From Tubiluchus corallicola (lineage: Eukaryota > Animalia > Priapulida), in contig JAQGDQ010001510.1 of the NCBI GenBank assembly GCA_030141605.1, forward strand, positions 1 to 37,043: a DNA stretch of 37,043 nucleotides. The letters run 5' to 3'. The translations under genes were made by a program, and so were the position numbers. Numbering within the stretch: the first letter of the stretch is position 1; every line of letters starts with the position of its first letter. Shown one piece after another: positions 10,748 to 23,495 of the stretch. Under the pieces are notes generated by a model. It saw only the letters and a list, made by a program, of their open reading frames with translations, ran no database searches and was not told where the DNA came from.

Positions 10748-12130
10748 ATAAAATAGCATCACGTGATCAGCCCAACTTTCTTAGGTTAATTTTTTAAAGT
10801 TAATCATATAGTTATCTAATCATATCTTTATCTAACTTGGAAATCTAAATTATATTGCATATTTTATTACTAACAAAATAATAATGAGTATAATTATAAC
10901 TTATAGTTGTAAGTGGTTCTTCCTATAAAAACGAAATTGGACTATATATTTTCACTAATTCAGTTACACTTTCAATCGATAATATACAGACATTCAACAA
11001 TCTGTAATGAAATCTGAAACCAGGCCAGTTTCTCTCACGTGAACTAACGAAAGGTTGAGCATTTTCCATATTAGTATAACGTGTTGGCAATAATATTTGC
11101 AGCTTATGCACACGACTGTCCTGAAAGGTTGGCGACTATAGGTTCTGTGTAGCATGTGAAAATCATACACGCTGACAGGGCTTGATAGAATGACTGACGA
11201 TTTGTTTGGCGTTAATAAAAAGTTAAATAAGTGTTTCGTGTATTTAATCTACTGTATTGTGTTTGCTGCATTTGGTTTCTGCGATTACTGAGCCTCGTCA
11301 CATGTAGGGTCAAAATGAACGTTGGTTCAAACTATTAATTAAATGGAGAGCTCGCAAACAGTACTTTGGTGGTTAGCGGTGCATTGAATGCTTGTGAGAT
11401 TTCAAAGAAGATCGCGGTTTTGGTGTCTCCAGCTTTGCTGAATTTCATTCAGTACTTGAACAATGACAACGTGAAAATTTGATACATTTTTTTAGCTGTA
11501 ATAAAGCTTGTCAGGTATTGTCTCATGATCTTTTCATTTTACTGTGTGACAATACAATACAATATAGTAGACACGAACATGTTTTTTTAGCGTTTGGGCA
11601 TTTAAGTGTGATCAAGAAGGAATAAACTGCCAGAACACGTGGTATGAATATTTGAGAGTAATTGAGTAGCATAGTACTTTCAAATGTCATTTGATAAGCA
11701 TTTTACAGCCATAGAAGACTATTGTATTAATCTAAAAGACTGCTTCAGACTACGTTAGCCCGTTGAAGTTTCTGACGTTTTTCCAGAATATATCAAGAAA
11801 TACCTCCCTTGCTGTCATCATCAAACGTTCTTTCAAGATTTGTGAAGTTTCTGTGGGTGGCCTTTGAGTGCAAAAACAAAGTGTAAAAAGTTATGGATGC
11901 ACACTAAATTCATTAGACTGATTAGCCTTCTTTACTTTTTCTTCTATATGTAACACTGGCTTAAGATCGTCACTTAACTTTAACGACCAGGTCAATTACT
12001 TCTTTTTTTTGTATTCAAGAGTTTCAAGAGTTTTATTCATTTTCCACATTGTATCATTACAATTAGCATTAAAATACAGATAATTTTCCATTTGAGTAAA
12101 TATAAATATAAATATGAATAAATGCAATAT

Positions 12131-13363
12131 TTTGGCAAGTAAATTTCCTTTGATCACTATTGCAGGCCTGACAAGATTTGTCATAACCAGATCATTTTTT
12201 TCTCTAACTTTGACAAGTAATTTCCATTGATATTGTAGGCCTGACATGAGTTGTCATAACCAGGTCAATTTTTCCTCTAACTTTGACAAGTAATTTCCAT
12301 TGGTATTGCAGGCCTGACAAGATTTGTCATAACCAGATCATTTTTTTCTCTAACTTTGACAAGTAATTTCCATTGATATTGCAGGCCTGACATGAGTTGT
12401 CATAACCAGGTCAATTTTTCCTCTAACTTTGACAAGTAATTTCCATTGGTATTGTAGGCCTGACAAGATTTGTCATAACCAGATCATTTTTTTCTCTAAC
12501 TTTGACAAGTAATTTCCATTGATATTGTAGGCCTGGCATGAGTTGTCATAACCAGATCATTTTTTTCTCTAACTTTGACAAGTAATTTCCATTGATATTG
12601 CAGGCCTGACATGAGTTGTCATAACCAGGTCAATTTTTCCTCTAACTTTGACAAGTAATTTCCATTGGTATTGCAGGCCTGACAAGATTTGTCATAACCA
12701 GATCATTTTTTTCTCTAACTTTGACAAGTAATTTCCATTGATATTGTAGGCCTGGCATGAGTTGTCATAACCAGATCATTTTTTTCTCTAACTTTGACAA
12801 GTAATTTCCATTGATATTGTAGGCCTGGCATGAGTTGTCATAACCAGATCATTTTTTTCTCTAACTTTGACAAGTAATTTCCATTGATATTGTAGGCCTG
12901 GCATGAGTTGTCATAACCAGGTCAATTTTTTCTCTAATTTTGACAAGTAATTTCCATTGGTATTGTAGGCCTGACAAGATTTGTCATAACCAGATCAATT
13001 TTTCCTCTAATTTTGACAAGTGAATTTCCATTGATCACTATTGCAGGCCTGACAAGATTTGTCATAACCAGGTCAATTTTTCCTCTAATTTTGACAAGTA
13101 AATTTCCATTGATATTGTAGGCCTGGCATGAGTTGTCATAACCAGGTCAATTTTTTCTCTAATTTTGACAAGTAATTTCCATTGATATTGTAGGCCTGGC
13201 ATGAGTTGTCATAACCAGGTCAATTTTTTCTCTAACTTTGACAAGTAATTTCCATTGATATTGTAGGCCTGGCATGAGTTGTCATAACCAGGTCAATTTT
13301 TCCTCTAATTTTGACAAGTAAATTTCCATTGATATTATAGGCTTGACATGAGTTGTCATAACC
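12131..13363 (+). repeat. 73-bp tandem array, ~17 copies
   Basis: AACTTTGACAAG at 12206, 12279 and onward; two variant types, GACAAGATTTG and GACATGAGTTG. Confidence 0.97.
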
Positions 13364-13557
13364 AATATGCATTACCTTGCATTTATTAGGGTAGGACATC
13401 ATTTGCCCGTCTGTCGACCATTGAAAAGTAATCTGTGTGATTGTCTGAGTTCCATTAGGTTATTTAATTTGCCGAATTTCCCGAACATTTTGCAGTCATC
13501 AGCAAATTTAAATAGGTTTATAGTAGTTCCTTTGTTGATATCATCTATATACATAGT
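13364..13557 (-). mobile_element. CR1/L2-group LINE reverse transcriptase fragment
   Basis: Minus strand reads YIDDINKGTTINLFKFADDCKMF, containing the FADD catalytic motif. Confidence 0.7.
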
Positions 13558-13560
13558 ATA

Positions 13561-14015
13561 CACTCATATCTCGATTTGTTAAACCTCGCTTTTATAAATG
13601 TTGAAAAAGTCGGACAAAAAGTCCTGCATACTACTGATGTAGTCCGTTGTTTCGTGAGCTGACTGCTAGTTGGCGTGCCGTCACTTTGTTTACATCATTA
13701 TATATCAATGTAACTAAGTGGCATGTAACGATACATGTGTAGCTTGTACACATCAGTGTGCTTCAGTGGTTTAATCAGCATGTGTATGTGGAATTATGCT
13801 GCATTATTCCAGTTCATTGCCAATGGTTTTTATACACTTTTGCATAGAAGTGGCCTGAAATAAACGTTTTTGAGACAATTAGGCGATTGATTCTACATTA
13901 CAGTGAGTCTAATATGCGGCGTCTACTGTGTTAGCTTAGTATCGGGAAATATGGACAGTCGGCAAATTCTGATCGACTTCTTCCCGCTTTTGTGCGGCAA
14001 ACCGAGGAACGAGTG
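13561..14015. mobile_element. TA-flanked Tc1/pogo-like MITE
   Basis: TA|CACTCATATCTCGATTTG ... CAAACCGAGGAACGAGTG|TA imperfect TIRs. Confidence 0.55.
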
Positions 14016-14668
14016 TATTTAAGTTGCTAATATAAAGATTGAAACTTGAAAATGCATAACATGCTGCGGACGGACGTTTTATACACTATTCCTTTCTGGA
14101 CATTTTGTGAAGGTTTTTTTTGAGATTAAAGTTACAAGTTTTTTTTACTCTCTTTAGCTTGTTTTGTTAATCTTAATCTTGTTCTTTAATTACAAAACAA
14201 TCATGCTGCCCGATATCAGAAGATTAGTATAGCTGCTCAATATTATAAGCATATTTTTATTACTATACAAAAAGGCTACATTTTTTTAGGAAATGTCCAT
14301 AATTTGTGTTTTTCTACACGGTAAATAATTAAAATTATGTAGACATGTCTGTACCTGCTGACAGATTATCATAGGAAATCTGGGCGAGTGTTGTAACCAG
14401 TGTTTTTTTGATTAAATGTATTAGAGGAAGCTTTTTCACATGGTGACTGACCACTGTCCACATCAGAATTGACCATCTGGCTGTCAACTTGCAAAAACTG
14501 GCCATGCAAGTGTTCATTCATAAAGCTTATGAAGTAATTCTGTCATATTTTAAAATTTGTTATGTGACTGTGAATTGTAACATGTTTTCAGGGCGTCCCA
14601 GCTGGCTGTTTACTTTGCATAATTACCTGGTCGCTAGCTGCTCATTTCCTGCTGTATAATTTGCACTT

Positions 14669-17600
14669 ATGGACGGACACGTAAGTGTCATTAAAATATT
14701 TCCACTGTGTTGTTAGTAGCTTATTATGTAAAATTTAACTGCAGCTTTGTGTACAGTGATACAGGTGTTGATTACTGATCTATGAATAAATTATTTACTA
14801 TTTCTTTGTGTTGTTTCTAGCAGTATTGATATGAGTTTATAATTACAAATTATTATTTTAAACATTCATGATTTATCGTGTTTTTTTCAGAATTCGATGT
14901 TTAAGGAGCGAATAAAAAAAGAGGTAACATTTGCTTGAAGTGTTTTTATTTATGTTTATCTTAAATTATTATTTATTTATTTATTTTAATATGTATACGT
15001 TTTATTTAGTAAGAAAACCATAAATATATTTTATTTATCTACTTGTATTTTTATCATTTTTGCCCCATGTATATGCGAATGAGTTTAATAGTACATTGAA
15101 AGTCCTTGACATTGAAAGAGTTTTGGTTTTGCGTATGTTTATTTGGAAAAAAAACTCGCGGGTCTGTAAACGTACAGCGTATAACATGAAATTAGTTTAT
15201 AATTAAAATAAATTGATAGCTACAGCTTCCTTATTCGCTAATTAATGGATGATGATCATTAATAGTTAATTAGTTATGCTATGTTTTCATTGCTGCAGGC
15301 AGAGACGTTGGTGAATGTGACGTTTCCACATAAAGTTGATGAACTCGACAAGTTACTGCAGGTAAGAAGTGTTTCGTTTTGTCTTTGAAATGAACAGGTG
15401 TGTCTGTAGACAGGTGTCTTTTCTGTTGGTGTAGAATTCCATGTGTAAAATAGCACATTCGGTGGCATCACTAGAGGGGTGCGGGCCGTTCAGTTGTGAT
15501 GCAATGCCATGTGTAAAATAGCACATTCGGTGGCATCACTAGAGGGGTGCGGGCCGTTCAGTTGTGATGCAATGCACACGTTCGAAAGCTCATACGTGAA
15601 CAGCACACTAAACCTGAAATTTGCTGTTGGTGTAGACCTCCATGTCTAAAACAGCACCTTCAGTGGCATCGCTAGAAGGGTGCGGGTCGTTCAGTTGTGA
15701 TGCAATGCACACGTTCGAAAGCTCATACGTGAACAGCACACTAAACCTGAAATTTGAATTTCATTTTGAACTTTAAATTTCTGGAGTTTTTGTGTGTTGT
15801 ATTGAATGTTTGTACACTGAATATTGTACAGTAGCACTGTACTTCAATTTCCACTTTCACTTTGGAATGTTTGTGCTGTTGAAAATTATGTTCATTTGTG
15901 ATGTCATCACTAGTTGGGCTCGCCCCAAATTAATTAATTATTTAACCTACTATTTATTTATCAGAAGTGCTTTGGCATTATTTTAGACCTGTGTTAAAAT
16001 GTCGGTATTTTACATTACTTCAAAATTGAGTGTGAAAAATAATTTTGTTTTTTTAGTTCAATTTTTATTCGCAATTCAATCTTTGATGCTTTTCAGTCTG
16101 ACGTATTTGCTGAGAAGAACCTGAATGACATACATGTTGATTTGAAGATACCAGTGCCACCTGGTGGGGAGCATAACAGTTACAGCGATGACGAGGTGAG
16201 TTGATCTTGCTGCTATGCTGTTTCTGTTTGTGTTGTTAGTAGTTGCGCTGTATGTTTGGGATGTTACTGAAATGGAAATTGCGCTTTCGGTTAAGTTTCA
16301 TTTTCTTCGAAAATTATTGTGTTTCGTAGCCGAAACTTTTGGTAATTTTCGGTAGCATTTTTCAGAGGCTTCAGTAGTATCTATTCAGCTTGCTTTTTTC
16401 TCCTAGGTGTTAAAATTTGTTGAAAAATTTTGGCTAAAACAGTCCAAATAAACCGTAAATATAGTTTATTTAACTTTTTGTACTATTTGTAGCATGCTTT
16501 TTGCGGTCCTCGCAGCTGTAACATTTACATATCTTGATTTGATTTACTGACATGGTCACTTTACCGTAATATAAACTTTATTTCAGCCTTGTAAAAAGAA
16601 ACGGAAGCTGGAGTTATTGGACAGTGAGTTAGGTTGGTAACATTTTTCTATTTTTTTGTTTTGCTTTCGTGTTTTTAAGTAATTATGAACACATTACGGC
16701 ACCCCTGCAGCACGGAAATGTGTGAAATTTGACTCAGGATTCATGTTTAACTTTCAAATCTAAGCAGTTTCATACAAAAACAGGAATAGCTTCCCTTCTG
16801 TACTGTAGAAGTTCTGGTACACTCCGCCTCTGTACCATAGAATCTCCAGAACAGCTCCATATCCTGCTATCAAACAGTGGAGCAGCTCCGCATCAGTGCA
16901 ATACAATGCTCTGAAGAAGCTCCACGCCAATAATATGCAAACTCTGGGCCGGGGCTCCGTAGCCACGTTATAAAAAAACTTCCGAATAGCTTCACGTCTG
17001 CACTACACAGCAGCTCGGCACTTACTCGTTAATAACTCTCCAGCAACTCCACACCTCACAGTAAAAAAGTTTTTTCGATGCTCATGTGTTTAACATTGAT
17101 TATCACGTGTTTTGTTTCAGGCACTCCAGTATATGTACTTCCACTTGGATTGTCTCCATGCAACAAGCACATTGTGGAGGTAATAGATGTTATGAAGCCA
17201 CACATTCAGTCTCTCATCGACCACACAAATAAGGTAAATTGATAACTCATGTGTTGACAAACTGTCTGCATCGTAAGTGAAGTAATTATCTCACAAACGT
17301 ATTTAAACCCTGGTGTTGAGTCTGTAAATAACCTCATTAATAACTAGGTGTGTTGGTAAATTTAATGCAGGTAAGTTGAGAATAGTAACAGTTCATCAGC
17401 TGAAACAATAATTTATTGAATGCTGTCCTACCAATGATTTTGCTTATTTAGAAGAAATTGGTTCCTAAACTTGACAGCAGGATAGGAGCGCCTACACCCA
17501 CACTTTGTTTATTTACTTTGTTATGGTTTGATGATACTCGAAAAGCTTGAAAAGCCTGTCTGTTTTAGCGTGACCGTACTGGTGAGATCCAAGCCTGATT

Positions 17601-20600
17601 GGTTATCACGGATAACTATCCCGGAAAGTATTCTCAGCTGGCAAAGCTATCCCAGGGATGATTGCATGTGTGCACATCCTCGCTGTGCGAAATCATCCAG
17701 ATGTAGTCTTTTTGGCAGTGGCCGCTTGTAGCAAAAATTACGGGGGGGGGGGGAATTTTTAGCCATTGTTTTCATACTATGTAAAATGTAACAAACAGAT
17801 GTAATTTTAATATTGCAGTTATATTTAAAGACCATCTATTGAACGGCCTCTTTTCTGAACTGCAACTTTCTCATGATGAGAGAACTGAAAAATGAAGGTG
17901 TTGTAGTTCACTTACAGTCACAGAACTTATTTCTTGGGGATGCAAGGCGTCCATTATTAAACAATGTATGTTTTAAGCACACACTCTAAGTTTACGCTTT
18001 ATCATATTCAAGGATATGACGGTACACGGTAAACACGTGGCAATTGTTACTGTGTTCGGAGACAGTACTTTTCCACCTAGCAGCAGACGCTAGCACACGG
18101 CGTGTTATCTCGGACATGTACGCATGGTCGCATGCGCACAACAGCGAAACGCCACGTTGCTTGGGCTGTGAAGTGAATTGTACTTCCCTCATGTGTTCCG
18201 GATCCGCACAAGTATGAAAGAAGAACTAAACAAAAAAGACTTATTATATATCAGTGAGAACAGAGTACCGCAATACCTATGCACAAGCTGCCACTGCTTT
18301 TTGGTGGTCATCCATCCATTTATGAAGTGGATTCACATACTCAGCTAAATCCCTTGAACCAGTGAATTGTTTTGAAGAATTTGTGAAGGTTTAAATTATT
18401 TTGTTTGCATTGTGATCCAAGTCAAACAATAATAAGCAAGTGACTTGTATTCTGATTGCAATAATAATGAAATAAAATATCAAAATGGCTGCATTTATTT
18501 TCACAGTTTTAATTTTTGCAGTTAAAAATGTGGATACAATTTATGATTCCAAGAATTGAAGATGGAAATAACTTTGGCGTGTCCATACAGGTACTTGTAA
18601 ATGATTGCTGTTGATTTTTCTTTTTACTCTAGTTTTTACTTCAGATAAGACATCCAGTATTTCAAGTGTTTCGTAGTATAAACATATTATGTATCTAACA
18701 GGACTAAATGGCAATATACCCCTTACCTCAGCTGTGGAACTTGGTTTGCTGTGGATTTTGGTCGTGTCTATCAAATGTGAGCTGTACGTTCTGCCGAATG
18801 GTCCTTGTGAATATAGTCACTTCATCACTTTCAAATTCTGTTGTTCTCACTTCTTTTAACCCTTTCAGTCCCAAATTATTTTTTTAATAAGAAAAAAAAT
18901 TTGGCTTGGTACTTTTGTTCAGTACGTCCATCTTGTTTACCCATAATAATTATTTTTCGTCTACCTGTGCCCGCGTGGTAAATATAGCCTGTATCCCACG
19001 GGATACATTAGGATTCAATGGAAGCATAAAATGTGCTTCATTTTGCAACTGCTGATAATTTTTTAAAGTATTTAAGACATTTAGTATGCACGCTTTGCTG
19101 ATCTGTGCAAAGTCGTCTCTAAAGTACTGTACCTTACGCAGTTTTTTATGTTATGTAGATTTTCTAGTTTGCCATTTTATCACCATTTTTAGTCTATTGT
19201 TATTGGCTTAAATCAAAATAAATATTAACAGATCAAATAACTGTCAGTTTTAAAATTTTATTAATTTTAAAGGCAGAAAATATTCTCGTATCCCACGGGA
19301 TACAACGGGTATGAAAGGGTTAAATTGTGCTAAATGTGGAGGTTGTGTTTTATTCTCATAATTTTTACTGCTGTGGTTTTTCATTTTGTAAACTTGACTT
19401 ATTTCTTACTGTTCTAGGCTTGATTTATAGTATTGAAAATGGCTGTAACAGTCGAAATGATCGTCTACGATCACTAAACATGTCGATTCGTAGAAGCTGG
19501 CTTTTTCGTATGAAATTTAGTATTTAATTATCAACCTACAGCACTGCAGTATTTTTCTTTTCACAAGCAAAACTATTTATTAGGAAGACACGCTTGCCGA
19601 AATCCGAACCGTGGAAAGTGAATCTGCCTCGTTCCTCGACCAAGTTTCTCGTTATTTTATCACACGTGGAAAACTCGTAGCTAAAGTGGCAAAGTATCCT
19701 CACGTGGTGAGTGAGTGAATAATGATGAATACATTTGTTCATTGAATCTTCTGTTAAAAAGGACATAAATAGTCTTTTGATTTGAATATTATATGATGTG
19801 TTCTTACCTTAGAATCATGTTTCTAGTCTAGTAACTTAATGGTGTAGCTGGCAGGTTTATTGCGAGACAGTGTTGCCATTCTATGAATACTGACACTTTT
19901 AGACACAAACCTAAATAATTTTTCGATGTGTGACATTTCTGACAACACACTACAAACAGTTTTTCCCTCGATCTGTTTCTACTTAGCACATGACAAACTG
20001 TTTCTCTGTTCCATCTTTTTCAGCTTAGCACACTATAAACAGTTTCCCCCTACATCTTTTTCAGCTTAACACACTATAAACAGTTTTCCTCTCCATCTTT
20101 TTCAGCTTAGCACACTATAAACAGTTTTCCCCTACATCTTTTTCAGCTTAACACACTATAAACAGTTTTCCTCTCCATCTTTTTCAGCTTAGCACACTAC
20201 AAACAGTTTCCCCCTACATCTTTTTCAGCTTAACACACTATAAACAGTTTTCCTCTCCATCTTTTTCAGCTTAGCACACTACAAACAGTTTCCCCCTACA
20301 TCTTTTTCGGCTTAACACACTAGAAACAGTTTCCCCCTCAATCTGTTTCTACTTAGCACACTATAAACAGTTTTCCTCCTACATCTTTTTCAGCTTAACA
20401 CACTATAAACAGTTTTCCTCTCCATCTTTTTCAGCTTAGCACACTATAAACAGTTTTCCCCTACATCTTTTTCAGCTTAACACACTATAAACAGTTTTCC
20501 TCTCCATCTTTTTCAGCTTAACACACTATAAACAGTTTTCCTCTCCATCTTTTTCAGCTTAACACACTATAAACAGTTTTCCTCTTCATCTTTTTCAGCT

Positions 20601-23100
20601 TAGCACACTATAAACAGTTTTCCCCTACATCTTTTTCAGCTTAACACACTACAAACAGTTTCCCCCTACATCTTTTTCAGCTTAGCACACTACAAACAGT
20701 TTCCCCCTACATCTTTTTCGGCTTAACACACTACAAACAGTTTTCCTCTCCATCTTTTTCTGCTTAACACACTACAAACAGTTTCCCCCTACATCTTTTT
20801 CGGCTTAACACACTATAAACAGTTTCCCCCTGCATCTTTTTCAGCTTAACACACTACAAACAGTTTTCCTCTCCATCTTTTTCAGCTTAACACACTACAA
20901 ACAGTTTTCCTCTCCATCTTTTTCTGCTTAACACACTACAAACAGTTTTCCCCTACATCTTTTTCTGCTTAACACACTACAAACAGTTTATCCACTCCAG
21001 ATTTGTGCTTAGTGATGTTTTGTGCGCTCATTTATTGATTGTGCTGTTACTTTTAAATACAAATTGTTGTTCCAAATAACAGTGCTTTTCCAATTGAAAA
21101 TTGTTCAGAGAGATTCAAATGTTGTCTTTGTCCATTTTTTTATTGTTGGATTTATTTATTAAACATTCTACTGCTTGTTATTAAATTTGATTTCAGTGCT
21201 AAAAGTCTGTTGTGTTAGCCTTGTCCAGCTGTAAGAACACATAAAATGATCAGTGTTCATGCTGTAGTGACCTTGTGACACTATAATATTTTTCAAAAAA
21301 GATTGTATTTCTTCACAAATACGTAATGGTGAAATCAGTTGGTCTCAAGCACATGAACGATATTTTGTTTTGTAAAACGAGACGGTCATGTTCAGTGGGA
21401 ACGTATTTATCGTTTCTTTTAAATAGGAAGATTACCGACGATCTGTGAGTGAAATTGACGAGAAGCAGTTCGTTAGCTTACAGCTAATTTGTTGTGAACT
21501 CAGAAATAATTATGTAAGTATCTAGATCTGCTCTAGAACTAACCATGGAACTGATACAATTGAACTCATCTAGATTATTCTAAATTAGTTTTTTAGTTAT
21601 GGTCAAGATATGTTGAACAAGTTGGTCAGAACTCTTTGCAGTTACACAGGCAGAATGTTCCAGTTATGGTCAAGACATGTTGAACAAGTTGGTCAGAACT
21701 CTTTGCAATTACACAGGCAGAATGTTCCAGTTATGGGCAAGATATGTTGAACAAGTTGGTTAGAACTCTTTACAGTTACACAGGCAGAATGTTCCAGTTA
21801 TGGTCAAGATATGTTGACTAAGTTGGTCAGAACTCTTTGCAGTTACACAGGCAGAATGTTCCAGTTATGGTCAAGATATGTTGAACAAGTTGGCCAGAAC
21901 TCTTTGCAGTTACACAGGCAGAATGTTCCAGTTATGGTCAAGACATGTTGAACAAGTTGGTCAGAGCTCTTTGCAGTTACACAGGCAGAATGTTCCAGTT
22001 ATGGTCAAGATATGTTGAACAAGTTGGTCAGAGCTCTTTGCAGTTACACAGGCAGAATGTTCCACATTACTTTTTTGTGATCCAACAGTAGGCTTGTAGC
22101 TAATAGGTCTGTTTTCCACAGTTAATTGAATGTAATATAAAATTCACTTTCATAGCACACAACATTATTTAAAATTTAAGCACACTAAACAATTAAGTGC
22201 ATTTAGAGTTCATAAGATGCATTGAAATTTAAAATACATTAAGAAAATTAAAAAAATGAATTTACTATTAAAAGTAGAATCAAAACAAGTTCTTGTTTAA
22301 AAGAATCTAATGAGTTTGCAGAGCGTACGGCAGGAGATAAGCTGTTCTAGAGACATGGAACTCAGACAGAAAAAGCAGTTTAACCATAGAATACTGTATT
22401 AGGACTTAGCTGATGTAAATTAATGCGTTCATTAGCGTTAGCACGAAGTGTTGAGTCGATATTAAGGCGTATCAAAAGATCTAATGCTAAACTCTGTTAA
22501 ATTGTTTTAATTCAAACTGGGTTTGCATTCACTAGAGAAGACAAATAAATAAACTCTATAAGATTTACTGTTTTTGTCTGTTGCTCCAAGCAGGTCTGCT
22601 AGTCGGGATGAGGGCAATAGTAGAAACGTGGAAAAATAAATATAAAATTTAGTGAAACAATTTTCTGCTGAAGAATTCCACAAATAAGAGGCCAAAAGGA
22701 AAAAAACTAGATTAATAAGCTGTCGTTCAGTTATGATGCGAATGGAAATAAGTTGAATTATAGTGAAATCACTGCATTATTAGAACCAAATGACCACGCT
22801 TTATTATCTTGTGGTCAGCATTATTACAACCAAATGACCACACTTTATTATCTTGTGGTCAGCATTATTAGAACCAAATGACCACACTTCATTAATTTGT
22901 GGTCAGCATTATTAGAACCAAATGACCACACTTCCTTATTTTGTGGTCAAGTGATTCTACATGTTATGTAATTTCTCCGGCAAAGAAATTTATTTCCAAA
23001 TTCTTTGAATGTTTTACAGTCTGTGCTGCATGATTTGATAACGAAGAACATAGAGAAAATCAAGAAACCGAGAACTGTACATAGTGAGACGCTTTATTGA
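14669..23100 (+). CDS. PSME3: Proteasome activator subunit 3 (PA28-gamma/REG-gamma), 241 aa. Exons 14669-14680, 14891-14923, 15299-15361, 16097-16195, 16587-16632, 17121-17233, 18522-18590, 19584-19706, 21427-21513, 23020-23100
   Basis: All junctions are GT-AG and in phase (726 nt). Includes KKKRKL NLS, LKMWIQFMIPRIEDGNNFGVSIQE activation loop, KVAKYPHVEDYRR and the C-terminus KNIEKIKKPRTVHSETLY*. The first exon (MDGH) is the least certain. Confidence 0.95.
15421..15755 (+). repeat. Local nested tandem duplications (~68 bp and ~131 bp) at the end of a dispersed repeat
   Basis: GTGGCATC(A/G)CTAGA(G/A)GGGTGCGGG occurs 3 times; GTTCGAAAGCTCATACGTGAACAGCAC occurs twice. Confidence 0.85.
15705..15970 (+). 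repeat. Dispersed repeat, copy 1 (inverted relative of 32730-32980)
   Basis: Shared TGTGATGTCATCACTAGTT(G/T)GGCTCGCC core and similar spurious peptides CDVITSWAR / CDVITSLAR. Confidence 0.75.
17716..18296. mobile_element. hAT-superfamily MITE with a perfect 8-bp TSD
   Basis: CTTTTTGG|CAGTGGCCGCTTGT ... ACAAGCTGCCACTG|CTTTTTGG. Confidence 0.88.
18860..19319. mobile_element. piggyBac-like MITE
   Basis: TTAA|CCCTTTCA ... TGAAAGGG|TTAA; the internal near-palindrome GTATCCCACGGGATAC is present twice. Confidence 0.8.
19945..20988 (+). repeat. 41-bp pyrimidine-rich tandem array, ~25 copies, in a PSME3 intron
   Basis: ACACTATAAA at 20071, 20112 and onward. Confidence 0.97.
21595..22063 (+). repeat. 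67-bp tandem array, 7 copies, in the last PSME3 intron
   Basis: GGTCAAGA at 21601, 21668 and onward. Confidence 0.97.
22774..22949 (+). repeat. 44-bp tandem array, 4 copies, each with a TGACCAC...GTGGTCA hairpin
   Basis: GCATTATTA at 22774, 22818, 22862 and 22906. Confidence 0.95.
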
Positions 23101-23495
23101 ACCATCCCGTACAACAGAGAGCCACCCTGTAGAACAAGACTCGAGCAGCAAGGAAGTATGACTGATACAATGATCGTGTATTGGAAATGTGTGATTTTAG
23201 TAAAACTGTGTGGTAAAGTCAATTTAAATAAACTACAAAAAAACCGTACCGTCGTTTGTATGTAGTCTACTTGTATGATGAAAAATCTAAACCTTTTTTG
23301 AAACAACTTGCATATCATTCTAATATGTTCCCTAGTAAACGAGAACTTTGCTACAGTTTGAAAGAAAAACTATCTGACTGTTGGTACATTAGTCTTTTTG
23401 GACTGATTGCTGATTCAATGTCAATTTACATTTCAATTCTGGATAATGGTGTTTGACTGATTTTAGTTGCAACTTTCCTGCCTATTGTATAACTC

